Assembly (NCBI GenBank): GCA_030295235.1
Contig: AP026154.1
Span: 1 to 64,000, forward strand
Reading direction: 5' to 3'
Length of the DNA: 64,000 bases
From: Fistulifera solaris
Lineage: Eukaryota
Below are positions 10,902-24,222 of the stretch, piece after piece. The notes below the pieces were generated by a model that ran no database searches, was not told the DNA's origin, and saw only the letters and a program-made list of their open reading frames with translations. Position numbers and translations under genes: made by a program. Within the stretch, counting starts at the first letter, position 1. Each line of letters begins with the position of its first letter.

Positions 10902-11705
10902 ATGACTGCGAGTAACGACGATACCTCAAACGCGGTGAATGCGGAAATCTCGGAAAGTGAGAGTGAAGAAGGCGAGGATACTTTTGTTGCAGAGCCTGTT
11001 GTTTTACTAGATCGAGATTCTCTTGCTCGAATCGGTCGTGATCGTCTTCGTGGACCTCCTTCTGTGGCTTCTACTGATCTTGCATCGACTGTAGGCTCAG
11101 TTGTTGGGCCTGCTCGTGATGCTTGTCGTAAATCAATTACATTCTATCACAACGAATCTCTCGAATGGGGGATTACTTTATGTGCGGCTGACTTTCATAA
11201 GAAACGCTTTCTCAAGAAGAAGAAACCCATTAAGAGACTGTTTGTTGCGGGTTTGAGTGGCTGTTTTGAGCATTCAAAGCTTCATGAAGGAGATTTCCTG
11301 GCAACCATCAACGATAAACCTGCGCCTTCCGATCCTGATCTCGCGGTAGAAGAAATGCGTACAGCGCTTCGCAACGATGGATATCTTTCAGTTTCTGTCG
11401 AGAATCCGGAGGGCTCAGAGATCCTTATGCAAGCTACGGTCATCAAGCCGCGCCCCAATATGACTTACGAAGAAATGGGCATGGTGGTGTGGAATTGGCC
11501 GCTTCTATGTATTAGGACGATCGACAAGAACACGGTCTTCGCCCTCACGCTTTTACGCGATTGCGACCATATTGTTGCTATCAACGATATCGAAACAGAA
11601 GATATGAAGGTAGACCAGTTCGCGCACATCATGACGAATCTAGATCATGAAATCACAATTACAGTTCTTCGAAGGAAACAACGATTATCCGGTAATTTTA
11701 GCTGA
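10902..11705 (+). CDS. Hypothetical protein with two PDZ-like domains
   Basis: 267-aa ORF with two PDZ-like segments: WGITL...LHEGDFLATIND and MGMVV...LRDCDHIVAIND...ITITVLR. Confidence 0.7.
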   Translation: MTASNDDTSNAVNAEISESESEEGEDTFVAEPVVLLDRDSLARIGRDRLRGPPSVASTDLASTVGSVVGPARDACRKSITFYHNESLEWGITLCAADFHKKRFLKKKKPIKRLFVAGLSGCFEHSKLHEGDFLATINDKPAPSDPDLAVEEMRTALRNDGYLSVSVENPEGSEILMQATVIKPRPNMTYEEMGMVVWNWPLLCIRTIDKNTVFALTLLRDCDHIVAINDIETEDMKVDQFAHIMTNLDHEITITVLRRKQRLSGNFS

Positions 11706-11783
11706 TTCGTTTTTAAGCTTCGATATTTAGAAATTTAGTAAGAGAAGTAGTTCATATGCATTCAACATCGGTGTAGCAGTTCT

Positions 11784-14700
11784 TTAACCAAGGCGCTCCA
11801 AAATAACTTGGGCAGGTACTGCATACGGTCCAAGAGACTCGGCCAGTTTGGTCAAGACCGCTTTCGGTGCGATCGCTTTGCGTGGGACTTTTCCCGGGCG
11901 AGAAAGCATCAAAGGTGGCATCCCGACAAACGAGTTCGCAGTGACCACCGTTGACAACAAGAACAGAACATTTGAAACGGCAGCATCCCAGTACTTTGGC
12001 GTTTTGATTTCGGTTTTGGGATCAAATCTCCATTGCAAAAAGTTCATCATGAGCACCTCTGTTTGGGGATTCAAAACGTCCTTCAAAGATCCACGGCCTA
12101 GTGTCATCAGTGCTGTCAAGTGATAGCTGGCCTCCGAGAAGTCATCCTTGTTGACGAAACAAAACTTGACTACTCGACCAAAATGCTTACATGCCGCGTC
12201 CAATGCTTCCTTTTGGTGCTCTAATGACATGCCATCCCAAAGACGTGCCAGACCCTGTGAAGCGGCGGCGACAACGGTGCTCGCTACGGTGGGGGTTTCA
12301 ATATAGCCAATAGCACTTTCGTCAAGCCGTCGACATTCTTAGCGTAGGGAGACAAGGCACTCAGGAGTTGTAAAGCTTCAAACTGTAGATCTTCATTTTG
12401 GATCATGGAAGCTAAGATTGGCATGAGCGAGGAATGATGATCTTCCAGCTTGGGAGCGAGCGCAGCCAAGAAGGAACAACTAGCGACAACTAACTCAATT
12501 TCTTTTTTATCCAACTTCCGCAAAACCTGCTCATTTGCCAAACTGGGCTCCTCCTCTTCGAACGGACTTTTTTCAATTAGGTCGTCTTGCGTTTCGTCTT
12601 TATTCTCCTTCTCTCGAAGAGCGTCGCCCATTACTTTTCCCTCATCATCGGGCGTGGCGCGACTGTCAACAACGGCCACGATGATATCCACTGCACGCTC
12701 TATGGCTGCTAGACTATGCGCGTGGGCGGCCACTCGACTTGATCCTCCATTTCTGCACAAACTTGCTAGCAAGTGCATTGCGGACACTGGATTCTGCTCC
12801 TCGGCAGCAATTAGTCGAAGCATTTCACCGAACATGTCGCCTTCCAATAAAACAGTAGGATCGTCCTGGCAAGCCCGCTGCAACGCTTCCAGTGCCGCGA
12901 CTTGGCCTTCCGACGCTATGAGTGACACTGCGTGCAACCCATTCTGTCGACGTAGGACTTGCAATGCTTCTTTGTACTGTGCAACACTAACCAGTAATTG
13001 AACGTCCGGTGCCTCCAAAATGTCGTCTTCGTCATTATGCAAATCGTATTGCCTCAATCGAGCTCGTTCCAAAAAGCGACTTACAACCATGCGACTCATC
13101 ATCGGACCAAGGTCCTTGGCAATTTGTGTTGCTTGAAACGTCGTCAGAGTAAGCAATCCCCTTTCACTGGCTTCACAAAAATCAACCAAACACTGCAACA
13201 GCACGGTGGAAAGCCGAGCGCCAGTTACAGCGTCATCTTCTTCTTCCGCAACGTCATGTTCGCTCATACAGGCTGCAGACAACGCTTTGATTGCTTTGTC
13301 ACGAGGAACACTGGTACTTGACGAGGATAACAATCCCGACTCGGCCAGCTGAGCCACAATACTTGCCAAAAACTGCTTCTTTGTGGAATCCACCGTGCTC
13401 GCCAACAAATCGAGCAACGACACTACCGCCGGTAAGAAAGCGTGCAATATGTCGGACGGCTTCTCCATTATAGCTTGCAGAATATGGTAACACAAGTCTT
13501 GCAGGGCATCATCCGCCCAAAGATTTAGAAGGATAGAAGGCGTATCAAAAGCAACCAAAACCGAGGGTAGATATGACCCTTCACTCCAGTTTGACACAAT
13601 TCTTAACCTCTCCAACAGATTATGGCAGACCAATGGCTTGGTCAGCGAATCCGTTACAAAAGGTGGTGAAGATTGTAATACTTTCAAAAAATGGGCGCAA
13701 AAAGTTGTAACGGCATCCTGGGCGTCATTGTTCTTGGTATGCAAAATCAAACTCCAAAAAGCGTCACTACGCTGAGAAGGAATCATGCAACATGCCACAC
13801 ACATGTGCCAGAAAAAGGCAATGGCAGCTTGGTGCGTATTCTCGAATCCTGCACATGTCTCGGGTACCAGAATCAATGGCATTCCGTACGACTGAGGCAC
13901 CGGCAGGTAGGTATCTGGGTCGTCATGTTCCGGAATTTTCATTTGAGTGGACACAAGTAACGTCGCACACAAGGCATTCACAAAGGAGGCTTCTCCAGCA
14001 ACCGCATCGACCAACACCATGGCTTCTGCGCACATGTAATCACCCTGTACTTGTTGCAGGCATCCGTGTAAGATTTCGAGTCCCAAAAACGTAACATCTG
14101 CTTTAGGATCGCTGGGCTTCTTCGGGGTGTCCGTTGCTGAAGCCCCTAGTGCAGAGCAAATGCTTGTCACGATATCATGCTCCACAAACAATTGCTGTGC
14201 GTGTTTAGAAATGGCGTGAAGAATCTCCAATGCTAGCATAGGAATTTCTTCGTCCCTAGCAATCGTCGTTGTCCGAATCAGTTGCGACAAAGCCGACAAT
14301 AATCCGGATTGTGCAGCTGCCACCGCGTGTGAAGGGACTTCAACGATAGGCAAAAGCGCTCGCAAAGATGCTTTCTGAGAAGCTGGATCACTGCTATTGA
14401 TCGAAGCGGTAATAGCTGGTAAGGCATCCTGAGAGATACTGCTAAACAGACTGGGATTTCGTGACAACGACTCGACTGCAGCAACACATTCCGCTTTGAG
14501 TGCAGCTTGCTTCGCCGCCTGTTGTGGTGTAGCTGATGGATTAAGTGGTAGATGCATCACGTTGGTCGCAATACGAATTGCTTGCTTTACCGAATCGCTG
14601 CTGGAAGCATATGGACCGCAAAATCGTACAATTGTCAGCGCTGCCGAAAATTCGTATATATTGCCTTGTTGGAGAGCTGCTTGAAGACTGTCACTAACTG

Positions 14701-17635
14701 GCACAAGGATTCCCGACTGCCCCAAACGTTCGTGTTGCTCCGAAGTTCCATTGGCACAGATGGCTAGAGACAAGCGCAAGCTCGAACTGGTCGCATGAGC
14801 ACCCAATCCGCCGACCAAAAGAGTAGGTAGCAGTGCGTCATCGTTCGTATTCCTGGTAACGACTTGACAAGCAACTTTACAGATTTCTTGACGACGCTGT
14901 AGATATGCGTCCTGACGTGGCTTAGACATCTCCTCTCCCGATATAAAAGTTCCTTCGGTAGTAACGGGTGGAACATTTGATCCACACAAGCTTCCCGCGG
15001 CCAACAAAGCAGCATCAACAGCTTCCAAGAGTGCTGCTTGATGGTAGGTCTCAAGCTGCGCTTGTCCTAAGAGAGATTTGCGACCTAAAAGGCAAGAACT
15101 CTGCAGGCAAGCCAAGCATGCTTCGATCAAATTGTTGGGTTGTCCTTTATGTTTGCCCTTGTTATAGTTTTGACGGGCATCTGCTTCGAGCGCTTGCATA
15201 AAACGCTGCATAGCAATCTGATGATCAAGAGCTATGCCTGCACAGCAGCACAAGAGGCGGCACGCTGCTGTCTTTGCTTTGATTGCGCCGACGCTTGTGA
15301 CAGTGCCCCATTCAATTTGCGTCTGCAGGACACGACTCAGCGTTTCCAACAATCCTGCGTCGACCACCTGCAGCAGTTGATCCAAAAGTTGATTCTGGGC
15401 ACCACTGTTGTGCTGCCAAGCGAATAGCAAACAATTTCCCATGCATTCCAACAAGCCAAGTCCTTTGGGAGATGCATCTCCACGCCAAGAACTTGGTGAA
15501 GGATCAGCATTCCACTGTGATAGATTGACACTTTGGAGAGTCAAAATAGACTCCGCCGAACACGATGTGAGAGCACCAAGGATTGTTGACGCCGCTTCTT
15601 TGATGCGCATGGAGGGCGTATCTTGCTGTCCTTTCGATGCTGCTAACTGTAAACTACCTCCTTGCATCCACTCCACAGCTCTCTGTAGCACGCTTTCATT
15701 GACCAGAGTCATGATAGAGGATGCCACTCCCGGTGCTGCATACTTTTCAAGTCCTTGTTCATACTGTCCTTGACTAGCGACGCGTCCCATGTCGGCTACA
15801 CCCAAGGTAACAGCCGCCAACGTTTCTGCCGCTAGTTGGCGTAGCTGAATCGGGCGATTCGTGTTGGTTAACGATAAAAGAGCCGGTAACGTATTGCCGG
15901 ATTTTATGAGTTCAACCGCCGCTTGACGACAAGCACCTACGGCGGAATTGTCGTGACGGTAATCATAATCAACAGAAATGGTAGCGGCTCGAGGATCTGT
16001 CAACACAGGTCCGACGCAGCTGTTCGCAAACTGACAGCCCAAAGTAGCCACAGAGTGGTCCGCAGATAACAACAGCTGCGCTACCGCGGAGAGAGCTCCG
16101 CCAGCAACGATACTTTGCAACACAGCAGCAGCTTGGTTAGCTTCGGCATTTCCGGCGAAGCCACCACTCATTTCGAACAGTGAAACGTTAGCAGCGTCTA
16201 AAGTTCGGCACAATTGCAGCAGTCCCCCAAGTGCGGCTAATGCATGTGCTCTTGTATCGGCATCGTCACAAGTCATACCTGCTGTTAAGATCAAAATACC
16301 TCCCGATTGCACTAGATCCTGTACAAAACTCTCGTAACGAACGTCATCAGGCGGACTTTGCTGCACCGAAATGTAAGCCGCAACTTCGTTAATGGCTTGC
16401 AAACTTAATTCTTGATCCCAACGAATCAGATGAGAAAGCGTCGCCGCAGCCCAACGTTGCAATTGCGGATTAGGGCTATTCAAGTGATCGATGAGATTTC
16501 GCATTGCACGAGACAGATCGGGCAAGGAAGCATCGGAATTGAGTTGACGCACGATGTGCGGTTCCGTCAGATGACACAGCGTACGCGCTGCCAGTTCCTG
16601 TACCAGCAACGTTTTACGATCAGTACTACCGCGTTCCAACCATTCCAAGAGCGCCTCCCACACCAATGGCAAGGCGAGGACACTCAATTTGGTCTTTTGC
16701 AAGACAGCCTCCCACGCAATACAAGCTGCCAACGCAACGACGGCACGAGCACTCGTATCGTACTTGAGATGACAGTGCGGAATGAGTAATTCCACAATTT
16801 TTTCCAGCAAAGGCGGAAAGTTCCCTCCTGATGGATTTTGCATTTGTTGCGTGACATCAACACTCATGGCACTCAATGCCGCTTGGACCTGGTCTTCTCC
16901 TTTATCTCCTGGTGCCACGAGTAACAAAGGAGTCAAGTAACGACGCCAAGAAAAGAAATTTCCTTGATCGACATCTTCTTGACAGGCATCACAGAGACGC
17001 ACTGGCTTGGCGTACTGAGGACCTTCGAGAGGCAACTGCGTTCGGTGCGACGAACAAGCGTCGCAGAAGATATCTCCACACAGACGACAATGATGACGAC
17101 GTTTCGTGGCTCGAAAGAAAACTGAGCAGTGCGCACAAGCATCTCTTGCGGCATCGGGGATCGTTTCTACCGCAAAATCGAGAGGAGGAAGAGCATCCGA
17201 GAAATCGGCAAGGATACTGTGATGTGAGTCTTGCTGATGATACTGATAGTCGAATTGCGGTTGCTGCGTAACCGTAGGAACAAACGCCGCTTGAGCAGGA
17301 GCCGTGCGACGAGTCACCTGCGTAGAACGGTTCGCTGAAGACGCAGAAGAGGAAGCTACAGTCGGACGCGTCCAAGTCGTAATCTTTCGTTCGTGATCGA
17401 CATAGAAAGGTTTTCCTGTCGTCGGATCGTGCATCACTTGCCAGTTTGAAGGGAGAGGTGCTTCATTACCTTCTTCTTGACGTGAAGACGATAACGAAGG
17501 GGGCGCTGCTGTTTCAACCCAGTCGGCTGGAGGCTCCCATTGTGTTTTCCGTGTAATGTGATTCGCATAAAAGACACGACCGGATTTCGGGTCAGTCGAC
17601 TTGACCCATCCTTGTAGCGCTGCCGGATTGTTCAT
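11784..17635 (-). CDS. Large protein with two WW domains, a FYVE zinc finger and long ARM/HEAT-like repeats; 1-nt frame break at 12291-12295
   Basis: WW motifs GWVKSTDPKSGRVFYANHITRKTQWEPP and NWQVMHDPTTGKPFYVDHERKITTWTRP. FYVE motif RRHHCRLCGDIFCDACS...VRLCDAC. Adding one base to the C5 run joins ORF 12284..17635 to the frame of 11784..12230. Confidence 0.85.
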
Positions 17636-18149
17636 TACCGAAAGACAAACTTTGTCCTAGTACTTTACTAGAGGGAAAGGAATCAAAGTAAGGAAAAGAA
17701 AAGGAAGGAAAGTGAATGGTTTGGTGCTACGTAGTAGTGATGCTAAAGAACGAAGAGGTGCCTTTTTATGCGTTACGCAAGAGTGCATCCGAAAGACCGC
17801 AAACCCGGATCAACAAGAGTAAAAGTCTCAGCAGCGAAGACTACATAATAGCTTAGTGTAAATGGAAAACGGTGTGAATGAGGAGGAGTCGTCTCGTACA
17901 AGCAGCGTTCGTTTACACGACTTGATGACGTGCGTTGCATACTACAATCCAGTCGAGCAGCGCAGCGGTACTCAAAGAGGAACGACCCAACACCCAACAA
18001 AACGCGATGAGCAAGATAAGCAAGAGCCAAAATACAAGTAGAGCATTGAGGCGCAAAACATAGATAAGGGAAACACTTGTAACTGCTGTCGAACCTTTTT
18101 CATACGTAATTGAAGCTTTAGTTCTCTCTATTGAAGAAACAAGCAAAAG

Positions 18150-19628
18150 ATGGACAACTCTATGATCACACAAGGCATCGAAATTGTCGAAAAAGCCATC
18201 AAAGCCGACAATGCCGGAGAGTATGAACAAGCTTTGAATTATTATCGCGATGCACTAAGTCGATTCACGTTAGGGATCAAATACGAAAAGAATAAGGCGC
18301 GAAAGGATCTTATTACGGAACGGGCTGCAGGATACATGAAGCGGGCGGAAGAACTCAAAGAATACATTCAAAAACAGAATGAACTGGATCAAAACTCAGG
18401 AGGAGGAGGCGTAGCAGCCAAAAGCGGTAACGACGGAAAGGAAGACGACGAAAAGAAGAAGTTGAGAGGAGCTCTGGCGGGAGCGATTGTCACAGAAAAG
18501 CCCAATGTTCGTTGGGAAGATGTAGCGGGGCTGGAAAATGCGAAAGAGTCGCTCAAGGAAGTAAGTCACGACTTGATTTCGTTTCCTTGATTATTGATGA
18601 TACTCGGTATTGATTTTCAATGTGGCTTACTCCTTCTTTATCTCTTTATCCTCGTCGACTTTTTGTGTAACTCTGTACTGACAACAACATGATGAAAGAC
18701 TGTTATTTTGCCCACCAAGTTCCCTCAGTTATTCACCGGCAAACGCAAACCGTTCAAGGGCATCTTGTTGTACGGACCCCCCGGAACGGGGAAATCCTAT
18801 TTAGCCAAAGCTGTCGCCACGGAAGCCGACTCAACCTTCTTTTCTGTCAGTAGCGCGGACTTGATTTCAAAGTGGCAAGGAGAAAGTGAAAGATTGGTGC
18901 GAAACTTGTTCGAAATGGCCCGTGAATCCGAAAACGGTAGAGCCATTATCTTTATTGATGAAGTCGATAGTCTTTGCGGAAGTCGCAGTGAAGGAGAAAG
19001 TGACAGCTTGCGTCGTGTTAAAACTGAATTTCTTGTACAAATGGATGGAGTGGGCAAGCAAGATGGACAGGTCTTGATTTTGGGAGCCACTAACATTCCG
19101 TGGGAGCTCGATGCCGCCATTCGAAGACGATTCGAGAAACGTGTCTATATTCCTCTCCCCGAAGCCGAGGCACGGACTTATATGGTGCAGTTACACTTAG
19201 GAGATACTCCCAATGACCTGACCGAAGACGACTTCCAGAAATTGGGAGAAATCACCGAGGGTGCTTCCGGCAGTGACATTGGTGTCTTGGTAAAGGAAGC
19301 TCTCATGCAACCTTTGCGTCGCTGCCAACAGGCGAAACAATTTTACGTGGACGAGGCAGGAAACTATCATCCCTGCGATCAATATCCGTCATGCAGCAAG
19401 TGCCCTCCAAAGTTATCGTCTGATCCGCCCAACAAAGACTACACATGCCGACATTGTGGTGCTAAGCGTATGACGTTGTGGGAAGTTCCTCCGGAAAAGC
19501 TGGTTGCGCCACCCGTTCAACGAACCGATTTTGAGAAAGTCATGCGCAATTCGGTGAGTACCGTCAGTGAAGACGAATTGCAGCGATTTGTTGAGTGGAC
19601 CAAGCTTTTTGGACAAGATGGTGCATAA
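18150..19628 (+). CDS. VPS4: Vacuolar protein sorting 4 (MIT + AAA ATPase); exons 18150-18560 and 18699-19628
   Basis: MIT domain, [27 protein letters not shown] across the GT-AG intron 18561-18698, Walker A GPPGTGKS, Walker [16 protein letters not shown] and C-terminal FGQDG. Confidence 0.97.
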
Positions 19629-20182
19629 AAGGGATCGGCCACCGTTCTTTGTAAACATAGCAGATAAAGCCAGTACACACACAAAGTTATCCTATATGGA
19701 TTGTTTGACCAACCACAAAGGCGTAGAAGAAGCAGAGCGTTTTGTTATTAATCCTTAACATCAATAGCAGGCATAACTCATGACTGAAAGTCAGTCACGG
19801 TAAAATTGACTTGATTAATTTTCAGTTTGGCCCATTCCAGGGTCTCAAGTTAGAGACACGTACGGTTCGTCGGCGCCTTCATTGCCATTGATGATACTGG
19901 TAGGAATAATGGCTTGCTACAATAAGCTTCTGCTCTTTAGAACGCAAAAATATAGGTAGAAGCTGCGACTCGAGGCTCAGTTTTTTTTTTGTCGGAGGCA
20001 AATGTTTTGCGATTATTAGTTCGTCGAACATTCGTCCGTCGTTTGGATTTTGAAAACGGTAAGAACGCATGCGGGCCACCGCCGTCTTCTCGCACAAATT
20101 TTGACTTTTTCGCGTAGTTGCTGCAAAGAGTACTTTTCTTTTCAAGGGCCACACAACAATTGCTCTCTTGACAACAATATAA

Positions 20183-20992
20183 ATGGCGTCTTCTACTAGT
20201 CGCAATTCGAATCAATTTAGCCGGTCAGAACAAAGCTTCATCTCCGCAGAGCCTCGTTTGGACGGACGCAATCGAGATGATTTTCGGCTTCTTCAGCTTA
20301 CTGAAGGATGTTTACCACAGTCTCACGGCTCGTGTCGCTGGAAGAACGGGATATGTAGCGTCAAAGCTTCGATCGTTCAGCCATCGGCTCGATATCCGAC
20401 GAGAGGTGTACTCACAATTCATGTAGACGGACATTTAATGCGATCCCAATATGATCCTTTGCAAACGAAATTGCAACAGCTCATTTCTCTACCGAATAAC
20501 GGAGATGAAGCGAATCGCTTGATAATTCAAGAAGGGGCTTATGTGTGGCAGCTCAATGTGGATGTATGGTTGCTTCAGCTTGACACTATTGACGCAATAT
20601 CTCTTGCAATTCGTTCCGCTGTGCAAAATACGGTCCTGCCTCGCATTCATGCCGAAGACCTAACCATTGCTACTGACCTACCACCTATATCTTTGGCGAA
20701 GTTGTATACTCCTATAGTTATTACGATCACTTGCGTTTCGGCTTCATTGATTCTACTCGACGCCACAGAACTCGAAATGTCGAGTAGTTGGGCCCGAATT
20801 CACATCGCACTCGACGAGCAAGTACAAGTATGTGGTACGAGATGGTCATCAACGGCCACACTTACTACACAGACGATTGCAGACTGTATTCAACTGGCTG
20901 TTCAGGCATACTCAAAACGACTCGCGTCCATCGCAATCAGCACGGCAACATCGGATGCGCTTACTTTAGCTGGTGCGATTGTTTTGCAGTAG
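20183..20992 (+). CDS. RNA exosome RNase PH-like subunit (RRP42/RRP45 group)
   Basis: RLDGRNRDDFR, LPQSHGSC, VWQLNVDV, DAISLAIRSA...LP and LLDATELE match RNase PH-fold exosome subunits. Confidence 0.75.
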   Translation: MASSTSRNSNQFSRSEQSFISAEPRLDGRNRDDFRLLQLTEGCLPQSHGSCRWKNGICSVKASIVQPSARYPTRGVLTIHVDGHLMRSQYDPLQTKLQQLISLPNNGDEANRLIIQEGAYVWQLNVDVWLLQLDTIDAISLAIRSAVQNTVLPRIHAEDLTIATDLPPISLAKLYTPIVITITCVSASLILLDATELEMSSSWARIHIALDEQVQVCGTRWSSTATLTTQTIADCIQLAVQAYSKRLASIAISTATSDALTLAGAIVLQ

Positions 20993-22517
20993 CCGGGCTC
21001 ACTGAAGGGGTGAAAGGCTAGATCAGTTATCGTTTTTGCGCTGTGATGTTTTTCATAGTTCCGGGTCTATGAATGCATTCCGATTCTGATACGTGACGAT
21101 TTTAAACTTGAATGATTTGGGTCGATCCGTTGCGATGAGAGCCTCGAAACGAAAGTGTGATACGACTACCTCCATCGATGTCTCTTGTAGTCTTTGACGC
21201 CTCTTCGAACCATGGGTCTCGCTAATAGCTTACTTTACTCTAAGTAGCCAAGAGGGGTTTAGCCAAGTTCGCTGTTTGAGATGTACGACAACCATTTGTG
21301 CCAGACTTTGTGTACTCAATCATGACATACTTTCATTTACAGTATTACGTGATGCTGTAAGGAAACACAAGTTTGCAGCCCTTGCTGTAGCTTCCGAACG
21401 TGGTCGACAATAGAACTTGTTTTGACGGAAAGAGGTGATAACGAACGCTTTGCCGCAACCGCTGTTGTTGTCGTCATCTCCTCCCAAGGATTTACATAAT
21501 CGAAACAGCGATGACTGCAGAGGATGACACGCCGCCGCCAACGCTCTTAACGAGATTTCAAAATAAGATTGACAGAAACTGATGGAATTCCATCCTAAAG
21601 TTTCCCACAGATCAACGATAACTGACATCAACATCAACGCAAAACATATAGAAGACGAAAGATGCAACGCATCGAATGTCTACGTGCATCTCACGTAAGC
21701 CTCGAGACCGGGGAACTCATTTTCTCTTTGTTATCGTTATCCAGTATTGCGATTTAAGGTATCACTTCGTTGAAGTATTCTACAGTCAAGTTCAACATCT
21801 ATTTTTTTATGTTATTAGCAGGTTTTTGTAATGGTGAACTTGACATCATCGTAGTCGTTCGTTTCATGTTTCAAGGGCTTGTCACGAATGAATGAATTTC
21901 TTGGTAACGAATATTGTGGACGTCAGCTCGATCAGAAAAATCATGAACGAAGAACAATCAGTCATCCAATGAAATTTGTTTCGTCTACTCACTACCAGTA
22001 TACGAATACAAAACGGTTAAATTTTCAACTAGTCATTCTACATAGCAACGAACAAAATTCAAATTACTTAGAAAATTTTGGGAAAATGTCCTATGATCTG
22101 ATACATATGTACACTTCTGTATCCTATAAGGTTTTGTCGCATCCCTAAATGCTTTTTCCACGTGAACATTTGGTCCTATACAAAATCGATGCGGTTAACG
22201 TTGTATTAGTTGTTAAGTACGATTTGAAAAAGCATCTGTTCAAATCTAAGACCAAGGCTCGCAGAATGCATAGGAACACTGTACGTGCGATGCTGTAAAA
22301 TTCAGTACATTTTGCACTTACGTGTGTTGAGTACTGCACTCTCCCGTGCAAAGTTCATCGCGTACCAGAAGACATCGTTTCCTACTGAGTTGCACGTGAA
22401 TTTCTACTGAAATCTTCACGGTTGGGTTCAAAATTTGCACTCCAGCCTGTGCTCATTTCGCTGAACACAAGACAAGACAATCACCTGTTTTCATTCGTAT
22501 TTCGTATCAAAGTCAAG

Positions 22518-23892
22518 ATGAACATGGATCAACAAGGTGAGTAATTCGTTTGTTGATTAATTGATTGATTTATAAGAAAACGAAAAAGTGTGACCATGAG
22601 AATGTCGTTTCGGCGCTTTTTGTGTTTTTGTTGCAACTCTCCCATCGTGTGTACCAAAACGTTTGACAAATCTACACTTCGAGACTGCCATTGCTTGAGT
22701 ACACAATGAACTTTGAGTGTACGGTACTTTGCAACCGTGACGCTTTTCTTGTTTTTGTTTCATGAAGTGTATGATTGCATTGCGCAATGGCTTAATGTTG
22801 CTGCGGAAGCGAAAGAAGAGGGACGATGAACATTCGAATGCTCCGCAGAAACTTTGCATGACAGATTGCAGCTTGATCGAAGCAAGTGACTTTCTTACTC
22901 ACAAACATGATGCTCTTCTCACTCATTAGGAATGCCTCAAGGAGCGTTTAACTGGGCTATGCCTAGTCATCCGCAGATGATGCCCATGATGGGCGGATTC
23001 CCCGGAATGGATCAGTTCGGTGCTGCCATGATGCCGCAGGTTCCGAAACCTGCTCCTCCCGCTTCTGCTACAGCTGGAAAGGTCGGTACTCGCTTCAAGA
23101 AAGCTCCTGATGCTCCGAAGCGATTCAAGTCGGCTTTCATCATCTTTTCGGCCGAGAAACACAAACAAATCAAGGAAGCACTCGCGAACGAAGGCCGCAC
23201 CGAAAAGACAACAGACATTGCCAAGTTGGTGAGTGAGGCATGGCGAGAGATGCCTCCTGCCGAACGTGAAGCTTGGGAAGAAAAGGCTCGTCAGGACAAG
23301 GCCCGCTACGAAATGGAGAAGTCCATGTACAAGGGGCCCTGGAAAATCCCTGCGAACAAACGCACCCCGAAGGATCCTAGCGCACCGAAGCGTCCCATGT
23401 CGGCCTTCCTCGCCTTCTCGAACAAGCGTCGTGCCGCGCTCAAGCGTCAGCACCCGGATGCAACCAACGCGGATCTCTCAAAGATGCTCTCCAAGACGTG
23501 GAAGGAGGCTCCGCTTGATCAAAAGTCTAAGTACATGGAGGAAGAAGCCGAGCTTCGTGCCAAGTACAAGGTCGAAATGGGCAAGTGGCGCAAACGGGTC
23601 GCCGAAGAGAAGAAGATCGAGCGTCGTGACCGCGAAGCCCTTGCTATGCAGGCCGTAGAGGCACGCGCGAACGACCCGAACGCCGGAAAGAACCCTCTCA
23701 TGGCTCCGGCGATGGCGTCTCAGCAATTCGCTCCTCAGGGGGATGCAGTTTGGCTACGCCATTCCTCAGGGGATGAACAACGGTCAGATGTTCATGCCCA
23801 ATCAGATGATGATGATGAATCCCAATATGATGCAGCACCCTATGGGCGGGTACCAGCAAGCAGGAGACATCATGAAGACCGCCGAGGCCTAA
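22518..23892 (+). CDS. Tandem HMG-box protein; exons 22518-22536 and 22930-23892, with a 1-nt frame break in G5 at 23738-23742
   Basis: Two HMG boxes (APKRFKSAFIIFS and APKRPMSAFLAFS). A 19-nt first exon ATGAACATGGATCAACAAG|GTGAGT splices in frame at TAG|GAATG. Removing one G gives a Met/Gln-rich tail ending TAA at 23890-23892. Confidence 0.88.
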
Positions 23893-24222
23893 AATCGGTC
23901 ATTCCGGGGCTTCTTTTTTAGTGTGTCGTAGTACATTTATATCTTTATGTAATGCATTTTCAAGTCAAAACCAGTTTCTGTAGACTAGCTTCTGCTTAAT
24001 CAAGCTGCTTTGACAAAGAAAAAATTAAGTGGTGTCTTTCGGAGACCGAAAGCATTCGACGCAAATGGTTTTGTAAGTCTTTCAAACGCCAGCAGTCTGG
24101 ACAAGTAGCTCTATAAATTTAAAAGGAAATGAAACACTTGTAAACCTAGTTAATGTGATGCGCATTCCGCTATTTTTTCTTTCTAGCTCCGTCGAATTGT
24201 TATCAAACACTCCTCGGTTGTG

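Noticed and set aside
12450..17375. Numerous short ORFs overlapping the FYVE gene
   Set aside because: They are antisense or alternate-frame shadows of the long CDS with no recognisable domains.
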